This document shows, one piece after another, positions 26,762 to 39,555 of a stretch of DNA of 64,000 nt (position 1 is its first letter; every line of letters starts with the position of its first letter). Source of the stretch: a virus. The translations under genes were made by a program, and so were the position numbers. The stretch lies in IMG/VR virus record IMGVR_UViG_3300009678_001574; one strand, 5' to 3'. A model generated the notes under the pieces. It did no database searches, was not told the origin of the DNA, and saw only the letters and a list, made by a program, of their open reading frames with translations.

Positions 26762-29700
26762 ATGAGTGACACGCATTGTGACGATATGATTCACGAGCCC
26801 ACGCTTCCCCTGTGCGTGCGGTATTTCCTACTCGTTCATCGTCTGCCTGCCATCGACGGTACTTTGATTACCGCGTACAAGGGCGCACCGGAATGCTACG
26901 CTACCTGGAAGGGCAAGCGTGTGCGTCTGGTTATGGCCTCGCGCTTTGGTGACGTAGGCATTACCACCAAACTCCACCACGAGAACGGTTACGAAGAGCG
27001 CGTGTCGCTGGATGCCTTGACCGACTTTGGCGATAAGCCTTAAATCGTGTACGAAAGGCTTTGGAGGACAAGACGCATGGTTCCAATCCGAGCGCATATC
27101 GCTGGTCCCAAGTGTGTAGCTGTCGCGGCTAAAGGAATGTACGGTAAGTGGAACACGCTCTACTTCAAGTGTGAGCCCAAGAAGTTCTACGATGGTGTGA
27201 TTGCCTATCGTCTGGGCGCATACGTTCAAGACGCTTTCCCTTTCCTCACAGCCAACGAACGTGAGTTTTTAATTTCAGGCATCACACCCGCACAGTGGAA
27301 GGCTATCTTCGGTAGTAGCCCACACGAGGAGTAACGAGATGGTGGGTCAAATAGTAGAGCTAACCAAACACTACCACGTAGTATGTGATGGTACGACTCA
27401 CTGGAAACGCATCGGCACGGGTATGGGTGGCCGCCTAGAAGCCATCAAGCTCAAGGCTTGTGACTGCGTAAAGAAGCCCGTTGCCAAGACGTTCAACGGT
27501 TTGATTCCTTCGCTGTAGGAGGCAAAGTGTTCGCACTCAAAGTAATCGGCGTGTGGGCCTGTATGGACGTGTTGCTCGTCTGGGGCTTTCACTACATCGT
27601 TTCGCATCGAGGCTGGTGATGCGCGAAGGCTGGGTAAGCGTTACTCCCGGTTCTATGGGAGCTTGTGCCCTCGCCTTGGACTTGTTCGGACTAGACCGCG
27701 TTGACCCAGGTTGTTGGTTATCGCCAGTCTGGGTGTATGTTGTTGGCTTGTCTGAAGCCGACCTACACGCTGCCGCACAACTACTCAGTGAACGAGGCTT
27801 AACGCTCGGAGGTCAACGTGTCGCTTGATACCCAAAAGACCTACAAGGTCAAAGGCTTCCAGGGTGTAGCCTGTAAGTTCGTTGGTTATCCACAGCGTTG
27901 GGAATCCGACGACTACGCCTACGGACATGGTGAGTGGGTAGATGATACTGATTCCGGTTGCGTACTCGTGGTTATGGTAGGCGACGACCACAAGCATCGC
28001 GTTCCTGAAACCGACTGTACTCCAATCGACGACCTTGACTACTGTGGGGTTTGTGGTCAAATCGGCTGTGCTCATGACGGCAGGGACCGAACGTGACTCC
28101 TTGCTTTGTATGCAAGTATTGCGGCAAGGTGCTCGGGCAAGAACACTTTGAGCAACACTTCATCGACGCTCATGAACACGGTAAGCCCGTGATGCGAGGC
28201 TTTGTCGACGGAGAACGCAAGCCCTTTCGAGTAGTGGTTAGTTAGAAAAGGCTCAACCCAAATTTTTTTGGGAAGGGAAAATCCAAAACGCTGTGTAAGT
28301 GTAAGTCTGCCACAACGGACAAGGCTTAGGCCGGTATTCAATCCGGGTGGGTAGCGCGTGGTTGACCAGGCAGACTTAGGGAGAAGCACATGAAGATGAT
28401 GCTCGTAGTCGAGGCCAAGTTCTTGCCCGTCCCAACCAGTATCAAGGTTCTAGACAATTGGGGCTTTGTAGGTGTAGTGGACGGCGAAGGTACTCCCGTT
28501 GCTGACGGTGAGCATATGTACCTGGAAGGTGAAGCCGCCGATTTCATTCGCTGGCTCGGTGGATACGATGCTGTGTGGCGTACCAAGGACGGCACGTCGC
28601 CCATGTTCCAACAGTTCGAGGCTTGTCACGTACCGCACGAAAAGGTAGCGGCCCTGAAATTATTTGGAGGCTAGATGCGTACTCACTTCTACATCGCCTA
28701 TCGTAACGCCGGTGAGGAACTGGTCGACTCGGTTGGCTGTTTCCCCACGGAGAAGCTCGACCGTAAGTTTCTCCACGATTTGCTGGATGAGTTCATCGAC
28801 GGTCACAAGTTCCCAGGCAATACGCCTGACTTGAACCAGACCTGTTTCCAGCTCAAGATCTGCGACGCTCACAAGGGGTAACTATGAAGCTCGACCAAGC
28901 TACTGTTCACCGAGTATTTCCTGTAGCCTGGCTGCTGGGTTTCGTAGCTGGTATGTTGGTCGTGGTAGGTTGCGCTGCTCAAAGCAAGTACGCTGTTCGT
29001 ACCTGCAAAGACGGGCGTACTGTCCAAGTACTCAAGCCTGTGGTGAGTAACGCTCCACTCAACAAGCTCGTGTTGGATAACCGCACCCGTGAGGCTTGCG
29101 GTGACTGACTTGAGTGATGCGCTGAAATCGTACTTGCAAGCTGCCGAGTCTGTTCGCAAGGCCGAAGCTGAGTGTGCCTACGACCGCAGCTACTTCCTCG
29201 ATTCTGATTATCGCCACTTGGAAGCTACCGAAAAAAGATTCGTAGCTGAGTTGGCCAAGCGCGTAGACCAACACAAGGTTGAGTCTGCTACGGTGTGTGG
29301 TCACTGTAAGCAAAACGATTGCGAAGAGAAAGACTCTGGTTGGTGTTTAGACAACCCTGAATAGGAGGCTGCCGTGGACCAGCGCGACAAGTGGCTTTCG
29401 ATGTTGAACAATGTGAAGGCACAGGGTATGTCGGGCGAAGAGTCCATGAACTCTGAAGGCGCCCACGAAGCCTACCAAAAGTACAAGGGCTGGTACTGGG
29501 TGGAGGTAGGCCACAACGCCTCGCACTGGTTCTGCGTGGGTAGGAACGCGGACTACACACAGTTCGCCGTGTCGTCCAATGAGTACAATCCGTTGGAGGA
29601 CATCGATAACTGCAAAGTCTATCGCGAGTCGTCTGACTTGAGCACCACCTTGGCTGGTGCATACTTGGGGCATCTATAGGTGCCACGCAAATCGAAGTGT

Positions 29701-31414
29701 AAGACCAAAGAAGAATACACCTATCTAGACAAGCACGTCTGGGTTAAGGTGTGTGGTTGCAAAGAACCTTGCAGTCAAGGTTATGCTTTGCCTTACGGTT
29801 CCTTCACTGACCTACAAGGAACGTTGGAGTAAACACATGGAGTTCAAGAAAACTGATCCACGTGTAGCCAAGTTCGTGTACTTGTTTCGTGAGTACCGCG
29901 GTCGTAAGCCCGTGCGTATTCGTGAAGCCAAGTCGTATCACGTTTCGGACTATTGGTCCGAAGGCTCACGCACGTACTGCTTTTTTGTGGATGCCACCAC
30001 AGGCGAATACCTGCCCACAGACCGCGTAGGTTTCACACCACAGACTGCTGCCAATCCCTTCGGGCTTCGTACTGGCAGCTTTACTATGAAGCCAGGCATC
30101 GCTGTAGTAGAGAATGTCATCTTCTGTGGCAAGGACTTGGGCATCCGAGTTGTGTTGCACCCAGACGATTACGCGAAGTGGAGTGCGTGATGGGTTACGA
30201 CCTAGACCTACAAACGAAAAAGAAAGGTGCCGAGCTGGATGCCTTGTGGGATAAGCTAAAGGAAGCTGTCCTAGCAAAGTTCAACTCCGTTCCCAAAGAG
30301 GAACGCCTTACGCAAAGCCACGACCAAGTAGAAGCCTGGTGCTCTGAGGTCGCTGCTGACTTGAACCTTTCGTTTCGGCGTGAAGATGACTGGCTCTGTT
30401 TCACAGACAAAGCTCTTGCTCCCAACTAAGGAGACTAGCGTGTCCAAGTTGTGCGTGTACCTAGTCGATGGCAAGCCCGTGGTTGTGGTCTACGAAGACA
30501 ACACTCGCCTGGTGTACCACTCGCCACGTTGCTTTTCGGTCAGCCCAGTAAGGAGGCGATAGTGTCCAGCACAGTTCCATCCGCCGCAGAAGCGTTGGCT
30601 ATCACTGAGAGTGAAGTCAACAAGGTGTCTGCCAAGATACTCGACGACATCGTTGAGAAAATCCATTCAGCTGCAACGAGCCTGAAGACCGATTCGAGCA
30701 TCAGCCTGAGTGGCCGAGATATGAACGCAGCCGAGCACGTCATCCAAATCTTGCGTTCCACTGGCTACGAAGTCAAGTCCGAAAACATGAACGACCCAAG
30801 AGAGGGTAGCTTCGCAGTTATCCACTTCAGTTGGGCAAGGGCTAAGAAGTAATGTTGGTTGTAGCGCTTCTCATTCTCTCAGCCCCGCAGGCTGAGTGCA
30901 ATAAGACAGGCAAAGAGCCTATGGTCATTGTCCGTGGCGACAAGAACCACTACGTTCGCTTGCTTGAGGGTGAGGAAGCGTACTGCGACCAGCTTGTCTC
31001 TGACTTCAATAGCGGCAAGGCTCTGCGAGCGTGTGGGTGTGCAAAAGCATCGAGTCAGCCACAGGATGTGGTCCGACTTCGCTGCGCTGTAGTAGCGGAC
31101 GGCAAGCTGTATTCCAGTACAGTAGCCACCTACTATTACTATCCCGATTCAGTTCCAGCGTGCGTGTCGTTTCGTGACCGCTTGAACTATGAGGTCAGAC
31201 GATGAAACGATTGCGTGAATGGTGGCGTAAGCGCCAGGAAGAACGAGCTGCTCTGTGTGCTCAGAACGCTAAGTTCGTCAAGCGTGCCTGGGCCATACAA
31301 GCACTAGATGAACCAATCCTCAAAGCCATCAAGGCGGGAGACCTAGCTCGGGTTAAGGAACTGCGGGCTAGACAGAATGCGCTCCCATGCCCGATGTGCG
31401 GGAGAACGTCATGA
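26762..31414 (+). CDS. Dense run of about 15 small hypothetical accessory ORFs (e.g. 26762-27043, 27047-27334, 27818-28096, 28390-28674, 28675-28881, 28884-29108, 29374-29679, 29837-30190, 30560-30852, 30852-31205, 31202-31414)
   Basis: Consistent + strand polarity, RBS-like purine tracts; internal starts approximate; no family recognised. Confidence 0.55.
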
Positions 31415-31551
31415 AGCCCATCAAGAAGAAGGTTGTCGTCAAGGTCCGCAACTGGCAGGCCGTTAACGCCCACTTTCGCAAGGCTGGTTCCATGAAGGAC
31501 CACAAGAAGGAAGCCAGCAAGAAGGCTTGTCGTGGAAAGGTTGTGCCATGA
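31411..31551 (+). CDS. Small basic protein with ArfA-like RN..A...RKAG motif
   Basis: Hand translation MKPIKKKVVVKVRNWQAVNAHFRKAGSMKDHKKEASKKACRGKVVP. Confidence 0.4.
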   Translation: MKPIKKKVVVKVRNWQAVNAHFRKAGSMKDHKKEASKKACRGKVVP

Positions 31552-33003
31552 GTGCCAGTGAAACTCTGAAAGAGATTCATCAAGGACTCAAGACCCTTGT
31601 GGGCGCTGTCACAATGGCCTGCCCACATTGCCTGTCTGACTTGACCGGCGATGAAATCCCCGAAGAGCATCGCCATAACTTTGGTGGTACTCACTTCAGC
31701 CGCCGCATTGGCGTAGTCGATAACGACCGCGTTCAATACTGGGAGTGTCCAGATTGTGGAGGGCAATGGCCGCGTACTGAACCTGTCACGCCAGGCCAAT
31801 TTCGTACAACTCACGCAAGAGGTTAGGGGCTAACTTGACTACCATCGACAAGAAAATCGGCTGCAAGATTGCTGGTAAGGGTGGAGTTAAGTGCCGCTGC
31901 TGTGGACCTTCCGTCGGGGAGGATACCAAACGCTTCCGTCGCCAAGTGAAGCGCGGCAAGGTCAAAGAGCATGTTCGCAAAGAAGTTAAGGAACAGCTCG
32001 AAAAGGAGTGAGTCATGTCCGACTCCGTAATCAAACTGCATCCTCTTGCTCAGGTTCTAGATGAACTGCCAGGAGACGAAGCCGTAGCCGTTGTGCTAAT
32101 GATGGCTCTAGGCTCTGACGAAGACAAGGCCAAGCTGGCTGCTGCTTTTGAGCAGCAAGCTAAGAAGCCATGAAGCTCACCGACACCAGAGCTGTAGGTG
32201 AATGGGCTATGTTCAGACGCCGCCTGATTACTGGGGTGGCGTGCTTGCCCGTGTCTCTTGCATTCATGGTGTGGGCCTTTGTGAAATCACAGCCCATGTT
32301 TTTCATGCCAGCGTTCATGTGCATCATAGCTGGCTGGATAATGATTCAAATTGCTGCCGACACAGGCACCTACTCTACGAATCCCAAGGTCCGTGAATGG
32401 GCCGACAAGGTTAGGAACACATGAAGCTCGAAAAGGGAATGTTCGGTCATGAGTTTGCTGGCATCAAGACTCCGTTCAAGATTGTTTGTGGTCAGATGCG
32501 CGGCGGCAAGGGAAAGATTACCCATAACTCTGGCTGGTACAACTCTGACGGTGAGAAGCTCGGCTGGGGTGATTTGTCCGATGCCGACTTCAATAACATC
32601 CGAAGCAGCCTTGAGCCCGGTCAGAAGTTCGTTGTGCTTAGCGAGCAGGACTCTTACTGGAACTTCGTCAAGTTTTCAGGAACGATTGAGTCTATGTCGT
32701 CTCAAGTAGCCTCCACCGAGGCTTGCCCTGGACGTGAGTATCTAGCGGAACACGCTAGATTCGTCATCACCAGCGAGGAGTTCTACTATGTGGACCAATA
32801 TGGCTCACGCAAAGAAGAAAGCCTTGCATTTGGTTCGGTCAGTTGCAAGGTACTGCAACCCAATCAGGTTGCTGCGGTCATCGTTAGCACCTGACGGTGA
32901 GCCAACTGGAGGCATGGATTATCTCATCTATGCCTTGTTGCTTGCTTTGGTAGTCTCGCTGTGTGGCTACTCTTGGTGGCTATACGATAAACTCAAACTG
33001 TAG
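31548..33003 (+). CDS. Small hypothetical ORFs (31548-31826 zinc ribbon, 31835-32011 basic CRCC protein, 32170-32424 membrane, 32421-32894)
   Basis: CPHC/CPDC pairs; KCRCCGP; TM segments. Confidence 0.55.
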
Positions 33004-33012
33004 GAGCTTTCG

Positions 33013-33174
33013 ATGCTAGGCTTGTTGTTGACCCTGCTCTTCTACTTTGCTCCAGCGCTTGTTGCGTACATGCGTGGGCATAAGCAGAAGGATGTCATCT
33101 TCGTTCTGAATCTCATCTTCGGCTGGACACTCATTGGATGGGTGTTGTGCTTGATTTGGAGTCTGTTGAAGTGA
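33013..33174 (+). CDS. imm: Superinfection immunity protein (T4 Imm family)
   Basis: Hand translation LFYFAPALVAYMRGHKQKDVIFVLNLIFGWTLIGWVLCLIWS matches YF.P..A..R.H....IF.LNL..GWT.IGW. Confidence 0.88.
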   Translation: MLGLLLTLLFYFAPALVAYMRGHKQKDVIFVLNLIFGWTLIGWVLCLIWSLLK

Positions 33175-33924
33175 GTGATACTCGCCGCAACGGACAGCAG
33201 GTTTGGGCAGAGTTCATCAACGGCAAGAAAGAATGCGTTGACGAAGCCGAGTCAGAAGCCGAAGCACTGCACTTGCTGGATGAATACCGCCAGGTCTATA
33301 GCGGTAGCGTCAAGCGTATGTGGCTCCAGCTCAAGAGGGACTAATGAGCAAGACAATCGCAGAACTACAACTCGTAGCTGAGCAGGCATGGGTTGTGTAC
33401 TGGCAGTCAGTGGTTGCCACTGGCTACTACAAGTTTAGCAAATCTGAGCGTATGAGCCACAAGCAAGATGATGGCTCGTATGCGTGGCGCCCTAGCACTG
33501 AGGATGAAAAACTCAAGGATGCTATGGGCTCCTTGCACGCTCATGTTGAGCATGTCCAAGAGTTGACAAACCTGCTCATCGAACAAAGGGACGAACAATA
33601 AGGAGTTAGTCGCATGGCGGATTTCATCAAGGTCAATTTTAGCATGGATATCGCTCAGTTTATCAAGACTCTTACGTCTCGTGAGCTGGGTGACTTGATG
33701 CTATACGCCAATGCAGAATCTACAAGACGCTCTGAAGATTTCCTGCGGACCTTGGCCTTGAACCAATCTGAGATTCGCTTGGTTGGCAAGCGCGATAAGG
33801 TGATGTTTGCCAAGGCTCTCAGAGATCGTCTCGGGGCAGATAACGTAAGGCTCAAGGACGCAGAGGTTGCTTACGAATCTTACTGTCAGCGTATTCCACC
33901 AAGCGTGGAGAAAGTGAACGTGAA

Positions 33925-34512
33925 ATGATTACCGTTGGTGTCACCAAGTTTGCTGAACGTCAGCTCAAGCCTGATTTTGGTGGCACCCGTCTGACTTCAG
34001 AACAAATGGAACGATGCCGTAGTGTTGCAGAAGACCTGATTAACGTAGGGGCATCCAAGGCAGGTTACGCTCCATTTTGCAAAACGATTTCCATTCACTC
34101 AAGTCAAGTTCCAGATGTGCTCTCTCCGGTAGTGTGTATCAGTGAATACAACGAGCACTATCTGCGTACTGAGTATCGAGCACGTGCAGCTAACGAGCTT
34201 CCTGTGTTGGTACGCTACTTCACCAACGAAGAAGTAAGGCGTGGCCCAGCACATCATCTCAACGTGATTCTGTATTCACGTGAGCAGTTAGAAGCCGAAG
34301 ATAAGGCTACTGGGCAGTCCGACTTGATGGATGCAGCTTGGGGCATCGTTGCTGTGAATGCCGAACCGACCGAAATTGATTCACCAATGCCTCCTATTAC
34401 CATGATGCGCAACGCACTTGGTAAAGCAGAGGGTGGTTCTGGGTTTCCATTGGACCGTGAAAAATACCTAGAAGCGGTGCGTTACTGGTCCGCTCATGCA
34501 CAGGTAGAATGA
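33925..34512 (+). CDS. DUF3228 family protein
   Basis: GYAPFCK, ELPVL.RYF, ILYSREQL, PM.PITMMRNALG..EGGSG.PLDRE.Y...V.YW. Confidence 0.8.
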   Translation: MITVGVTKFAERQLKPDFGGTRLTSEQMERCRSVAEDLINVGASKAGYAPFCKTISIHSSQVPDVLSPVVCISEYNEHYLRTEYRARAANELPVLVRYFTNEEVRRGPAHHLNVILYSREQLEAEDKATGQSDLMDAAWGIVAVNAEPTEIDSPMPPITMMRNALGKAEGGSGFPLDREKYLEAVRYWSAHAQVE

Positions 34513-35931
34513 TGCAGCTCGTACACCTGACAAGTGAAACGTGTCCTACTTGCAGTAGTCGTACAGTGGCTTGCGAGCAACGCGCCAGACATTGTAATGG
34601 TGAGTGGTTTGAGACTCGCACCTACGAATGTGGATACAAGCTGGACTACGTGCCTAACTTCAGTCGTGCTGAGACTGTCCAGATATGCACGAAGTCTGAA
34701 GAGTACAAAACTTCCAAAGAGAAGCGGAGAGCTGCTGTCGATAAGCTCTTCAAGTTTGTGGCCGACTTGGAAGTTGATGACTCCTTCAAGAACAGAGTCC
34801 TAAAAGACTTTAGTTACTTCAACAGCATCTATTAAGGAAACACATGCGGTATATGTATGCCGTGCTAGTTCGTGTTGGTGGAGAGGTCGAAAACGTGTAT
34901 GCCTATCCGCTTTTGGGTCTGCACACAAACTTTGTCAAAGCAGATGCTCACGTCGAAATGATCATACACGACAGAGCGCAACGACCGAACTTCAAGATAT
35001 ACTGGGACTTGAAAGAAGAAATCCACGTAGGTAGCCACGCAGAGATGCGTAAGACTTACATGGAGTACACCAGTGCATCTGGTCGTTTGGTTAAAGAACA
35101 AGTTACCATTGACCGTAGAACTCTACGGTAAAGGAGATATATGATTCCCGATACAATCAAGTTCGTTGGTGGTCAGCACAAGGGTGTTACGTTCGTTCGT
35201 GGCACTGGACCAGCTCAGCGTGTTCTTCTGGGTGGAGGCATCAACTACCTGGTGAACTCAAAGAACTTTTGGTACAACGGTCACAACAAGTCCGTGAGTG
35301 CCGATTACCTTTCCGAGCACAAGAAGGAATGGGTTAGGGTTGACTAATGCTTGTGTTGCTGGTTGCTTTATCGCTAGCACAACAGCCTGAAGTAGAGGTA
35401 ATCGACTCGAAGGATTTGGACAAGGCAATAATCTATTTGATAACCAATGAGGCACAGCGCCTCAAAGCAAATGCTGAAATGCCGGTGTGTCCAATCGAAA
35501 CAGGCCGCTACTGGAACCTAGAGTGCGCCTAAAAGGAGTTGACAATGTGGAAGCCCATTAGCAAGTCGAGCTGCAAGGTCATCTTGGAGAAGTTCATCGT
35601 TCGTGAGTCCAAGCTCACGCAACCTCAGCTTCGTACTATCCTCGACCGCCTCTGTACGAAGAAGGATGGTACGACTTCGCCTCATACGGTCAAGACGTTC
35701 CTTCCGATGTACCAAGCTCTGGACCGTGGAGAGTTCCCGAAGCTGCCTGATATGCTCAGTGCTCTTCGTGCTCTCAACAAGCCTTTCGTTCGCCGCAAGA
35801 AGAAGGTTGAAGAGACGCCGGAAGCCGATGAGCAGACTTTCGAGGAAGGTCTGACTCCTGAAGAGGAAGAGTTGCTTAATGCAGCAACCAATGGGACGGC
35901 TACTCCAGTTCAGACTAAAACTGCAAGCTAA
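34509..35931 (+). CDS. Small hypothetical ORFs (34509-34835, 34844-35131, 35141-35347, 35347-35532, 35539-35931)
   Basis: Coupled ORFs; first has CPTC zinc ribbon. Confidence 0.55.
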
Positions 35932-35949
35932 AGAGTAGGTGGAGGGCAT

Positions 35950-36453
35950 ATGAGTTACGAACAAGCTCCAGCGACAAAGATGCTTGCTACACACTGTATG
36001 TTTTGCAATCGCCCATTGGTGGATGCTGCATCAGTCGAAGCCGGTATTGGTCCAGTATGTCGAGAGCGTGTCGGGTACAATGAGCATGTGTCCGACTCCG
36101 TGCGTAAGCAAGCCAATGCCATTATCCATAGCATTGCTCTGAACCGCAAAGACCCGTTCATCAATTTTCAGTTGCGTGAGCTAGAGAGCCTTGGCTTGAA
36201 TCGCTTGGCTCTGAAGATTGAAGAAGCCCTTGCTGAAATCAAAATTGAGGAGCGCGATAACCGACTCTGGGTTGAAGCTCCGTTCTTGGAATCTTCGCTG
36301 CGTGATTGGCGGTCCATCATCGGTCGTGTCTTCGATGGTCAGTCAAAGCGCAACGTGGTTCCGTCTAACCAACGTGTTGCCCTGTTTAGGCTTCTAACCA
36401 AGCATTACAGTGGTTGCACAGCAAAGGGACCAAAGGGTCTGTTCGTGTTGTAA
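35950..36453 (+). CDS. DUF6011-domain zinc-binding protein
   Basis: C.FCNRPL.D..S...GIGPVC. Confidence 0.7.
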   Translation: MSYEQAPATKMLATHCMFCNRPLVDAASVEAGIGPVCRERVGYNEHVSDSVRKQANAIIHSIALNRKDPFINFQLRELESLGLNRLALKIEEALAEIKIEERDNRLWVEAPFLESSLRDWRSIIGRVFDGQSKRNVVPSNQRVALFRLLTKHYSGCTAKGPKGLFVL

Positions 36454-36537
36454 TGCGCCTGACACCCAAGCACGAGATTGATTCTGAGGGTTTGTTGGCT
36501 ATGGTGTTGTTCACACTTGCATTAGCCATATACTACT

Positions 36538-38739
36538 GTGCGAACAATGTCTGACTTCAGACTTGAAGACTACACAGAGCCTCAGCCAATATGGGTAGTA
36601 GAGTACGAAACACTATTCGGTTGGCATCCGGTGCCCGACAATCTTCCTGCCCTGCACCTTAATGAGGCCGACGCTGATAAAGCCATGGTCACCATTGGTC
36701 AGGGCTATCCTAGTATGACGCTTCGCAAGACGCCATACTTTAGGCAGGACCGATGAAAGCTGGACTCTTGTTTAGATGGGGAAGTCTTTGGGTTGGAGCC
36801 CATTGGTCTTCCTATAACCGTAGGTTGTGTGTGAACCTCTTGCCATTTGTTACGGTATGGCTCATGCTTCCAGGGGGTAAGGTGCCATGAACTGTGCGAA
36901 CTGCAATCAATCAAAGGAACAGCATACTCATGATGGTAGGCTGTGTCCGACTAACGATGCTGACGCTGTGGAGGCTTACCACAACGACAGTGACCCTGAC
37001 TACTTTAGTACTTATAAGCCTGAGTTTCCCCGATACTTGAACGTCTACCGAGTTGAGCAGTCCTTCGGTGGCCATGAAGAAGGAGGGTGGTGGTACGATG
37101 TTGGTGAGCCTTTGGAGTCCGTCCTGGTCGATAACAAAGAAGAAGAGAAGCAAGTCAAGGCGAAGCTGGAGTCTCGCTACGCTGCTAGCCCTGACGACCG
37201 TGAGCGTATGCGTGGTCGGACTTCGGCAGCCGGTGGATATGACATCAGTATCTACTCTCAGTACCATTTCGCTAGGTTCTTCCCGGAAGAGCGGCCGAGG
37301 TACGAGTAATGGCTACCAAGACTTACTACGTCGAGCTGTCCAACGATCTGACAGGTTCGTATTCGGTGGAAGCCGGCTCAGACAGGGAAGCGGTTACCAA
37401 GGCCAAAGAGAAGTACGGGGATCGTTTAGACTACGTGTACCGCTTCAAGGATGACCACCGCATCACAGTGTTTAAGGACGGCGTAAACTTTTCAGAACTG
37501 GATTGATGGCAATGGACAAGGTAGCTAACCTACAAGTATATCTTAAGCAAGTAGGTATGCAGCCTTTGTCCGGGCCAGCACTCAAGGAAGCTAAGGGAGC
37601 AAATTACTTAGTTCTCTACGCTGGACGAGATAACAAGGATAAGTTTACCACGGCTCATGCAGTTAATGACCTGCACACAACAGAGTGTATGGTGAAACAT
37701 GAAATCTACTGCAAAGCCCGTGTCGTTGACTTGTCCGACTCTAGCATCGTACAAGAAGCGGAGAGATACTGTCCCTGTCATAATCCAGGCGTCTGCAAGG
37801 TGCCCTAGATGCAATGCTGATGCTGATAGTTTCCAGTTGGCTAGAAGCAAAGAATGGCCGCGTAAACAAGCAGACGGTGTGATGTTCTGCATCTGTGGAA
37901 TGTTTATAAGGTACTCATACCTATTGTCTGAAGACCGCAAAACTCTCAGAGAAATTAGGAGACCCCAATGACGATGGGCGTTGACATTGGTGAGCTTGTC
38001 TATAAGATGGTCTGCGGCTTGCACGGTGAACACAATAGTGAGCGTGCAGCGGATCCGACTGGCAAGCACGATGACTACGTTAGGGTAGGAGTTCCGACCA
38101 AGGCTCTCTACATTCCGTTCGACATTCGTGCATCGTATCGCAAGGACAAGATGGAAGGTGAGGCTTCTTGTAGTCTTCACTATCTGTTTTGCAGGCTGCA
38201 TGGTAATCCAGGCTTCTGCACTACCTACACGTTTGCTGCTGTGGATGCCAGTCCGTTTGCGAAGCTGCATGACATTACTCAATGGGAGTTCTTGTCGGCG
38301 CATGATTCCTGCTGGAGAGATGCAGCTAGGGATAGGGCTTGGAGAATCGAGCAGTACCTGTACGAAGAAGTGATGTTTCGTGCTGGCCTTCGTGATGAGG
38401 AAGCAAAGGTTCCTTACCGCGAATTGAATTGGCATGTATCTTTCCCGCTGTTCAACAAGAGGTTTTTCGATTGGGTTGATGTGCAAATCGATCGTGACTT
38501 GGAGGACAAGCATGGTTACGAAAAGCTCATCACCGTAATCAAAGAGAAGAAACATGAGCAAGCAAAAAGTCGTAGTGCGTAAGTTCAAGTGTCGTGGTGC
38601 TGGTTCAGATTGCCCGCCTCATGGGTTTGAGGTTCTCCGAGCCAAGCATACTCAGGTGGTCCAGTCGCGTGATATGCTTCTGGATGCTGACCTGGATAGA
38701 CTCAAGGGTCAAAACATCAAGGTTGTGGTTGTAAAGTAA
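36538..38739 (+). CDS. Small hypothetical ORFs (36538-36756, 36887-37309, 37309-37506, 37503-37808, 37968-38582, 38554-38739)
   Basis: Coupled + strand ORFs. Confidence 0.55.
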
Positions 38740-38752
38740 CCACGGAGGAAGT

Positions 38753-39190
38753 ATGAGCGAAGAAAACAAAGACGGTTTGCTCTCAGCCCTTCATTCGGCC
38801 TTCCAAGTTCTCAATGAGCGTAAGGCTAACAGGGACAAGGTTGCCCGGTTGCTTGCGACTCATGATAAGTTGGTTGCTACTGCTGAAGAGGAAGTGGAAA
38901 CTCTCAAGAAGAAGCATGGATTGGACCGCAAGGACCGTGCATCTAAAGAAGAGATGACGGCCATTCGAGCCAAGCTCCGCATCGTTCTTCGTGAGGCCCA
39001 GGGCGAGCCGATGTATCCGTCGCAGATTGCGGAGGATGCTGAACTGTCCGACATTGACCAAGTTCGGCGAGTCCTTCGTGAGATGGTTCAGACGGATGGG
39101 CCTGTGAAGAATATCCAAGAATCCCGTAGGGAATCGCAATACTACTGGGATGCTACTTGGAGGTCTCCAAGTCCAAGCCAACATGACTGA
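38753..39190 (+). CDS. Coiled-coil plus winged-helix protein
   Basis: IRIVL...GEPMYPSQIAEDAELSDIDQVRRVLREMV..G.V. Confidence 0.5.
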   Translation: MSEENKDGLLSALHSAFQVLNERKANRDKVARLLATHDKLVATAEEEVETLKKKHGLDRKDRASKEEMTAIRAKLRIVLREAQGEPMYPSQIAEDAELSDIDQVRRVLREMVQTDGPVKNIQESRRESQYYWDATWRSPSPSQHD

Positions 39191-39441
39191 TGCCAAGGCT
39201 GAAGAGATAAAACAATCCGAACCATTCTGGCTGCTGGTGCTTGACTTGTTCTGGTTGCTCTTCAAGCGAGCTATCTTTGCTGTAGCGTTCTTGGCAGTAG
39301 GTTATTACTACGGCTACTGTGATGGTTGGGATGACTTTCGTTTAGAATTGAAACAGATTCTACAAGGAAGAAAGCCTGCGCCTCATAGTGAGTACGAAGA
39401 AACTCTTTAGACACATTGGAGGTAAGTGTATAACTACCTCC

Positions 39442-39507
39442 TGCTTAAACTCACCGCATACATGGTGTATGCGCCAGTTCCAAGTCTGGGCAAAGAGCGA
39501 GGAAGCG
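39442..39507 (+). ncRNA. Twister ribozyme 9; predicted cut 39446/39447
   Basis: U^AA-ACUC-AC, 8-bp P3 CGCAUACA/UGUAUGCG, P4 CCAG/CUGG, L4 UUCCAAGU, GAGC-GA-GGAA; one A.C mismatch in P2. Confidence 0.8.
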
Positions 39508-39555
39508 TCATAAGTTGATGATACAATTCAGTATCCAACTATCATAGGAGAATCT

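Noticed and set aside
28303-28377. Twister-sister ribozyme
   Set aside because: ACAAGG is suggestive, but the GUGCAAG loop and GCUCA elements are missing; kept only as an unassigned structure.
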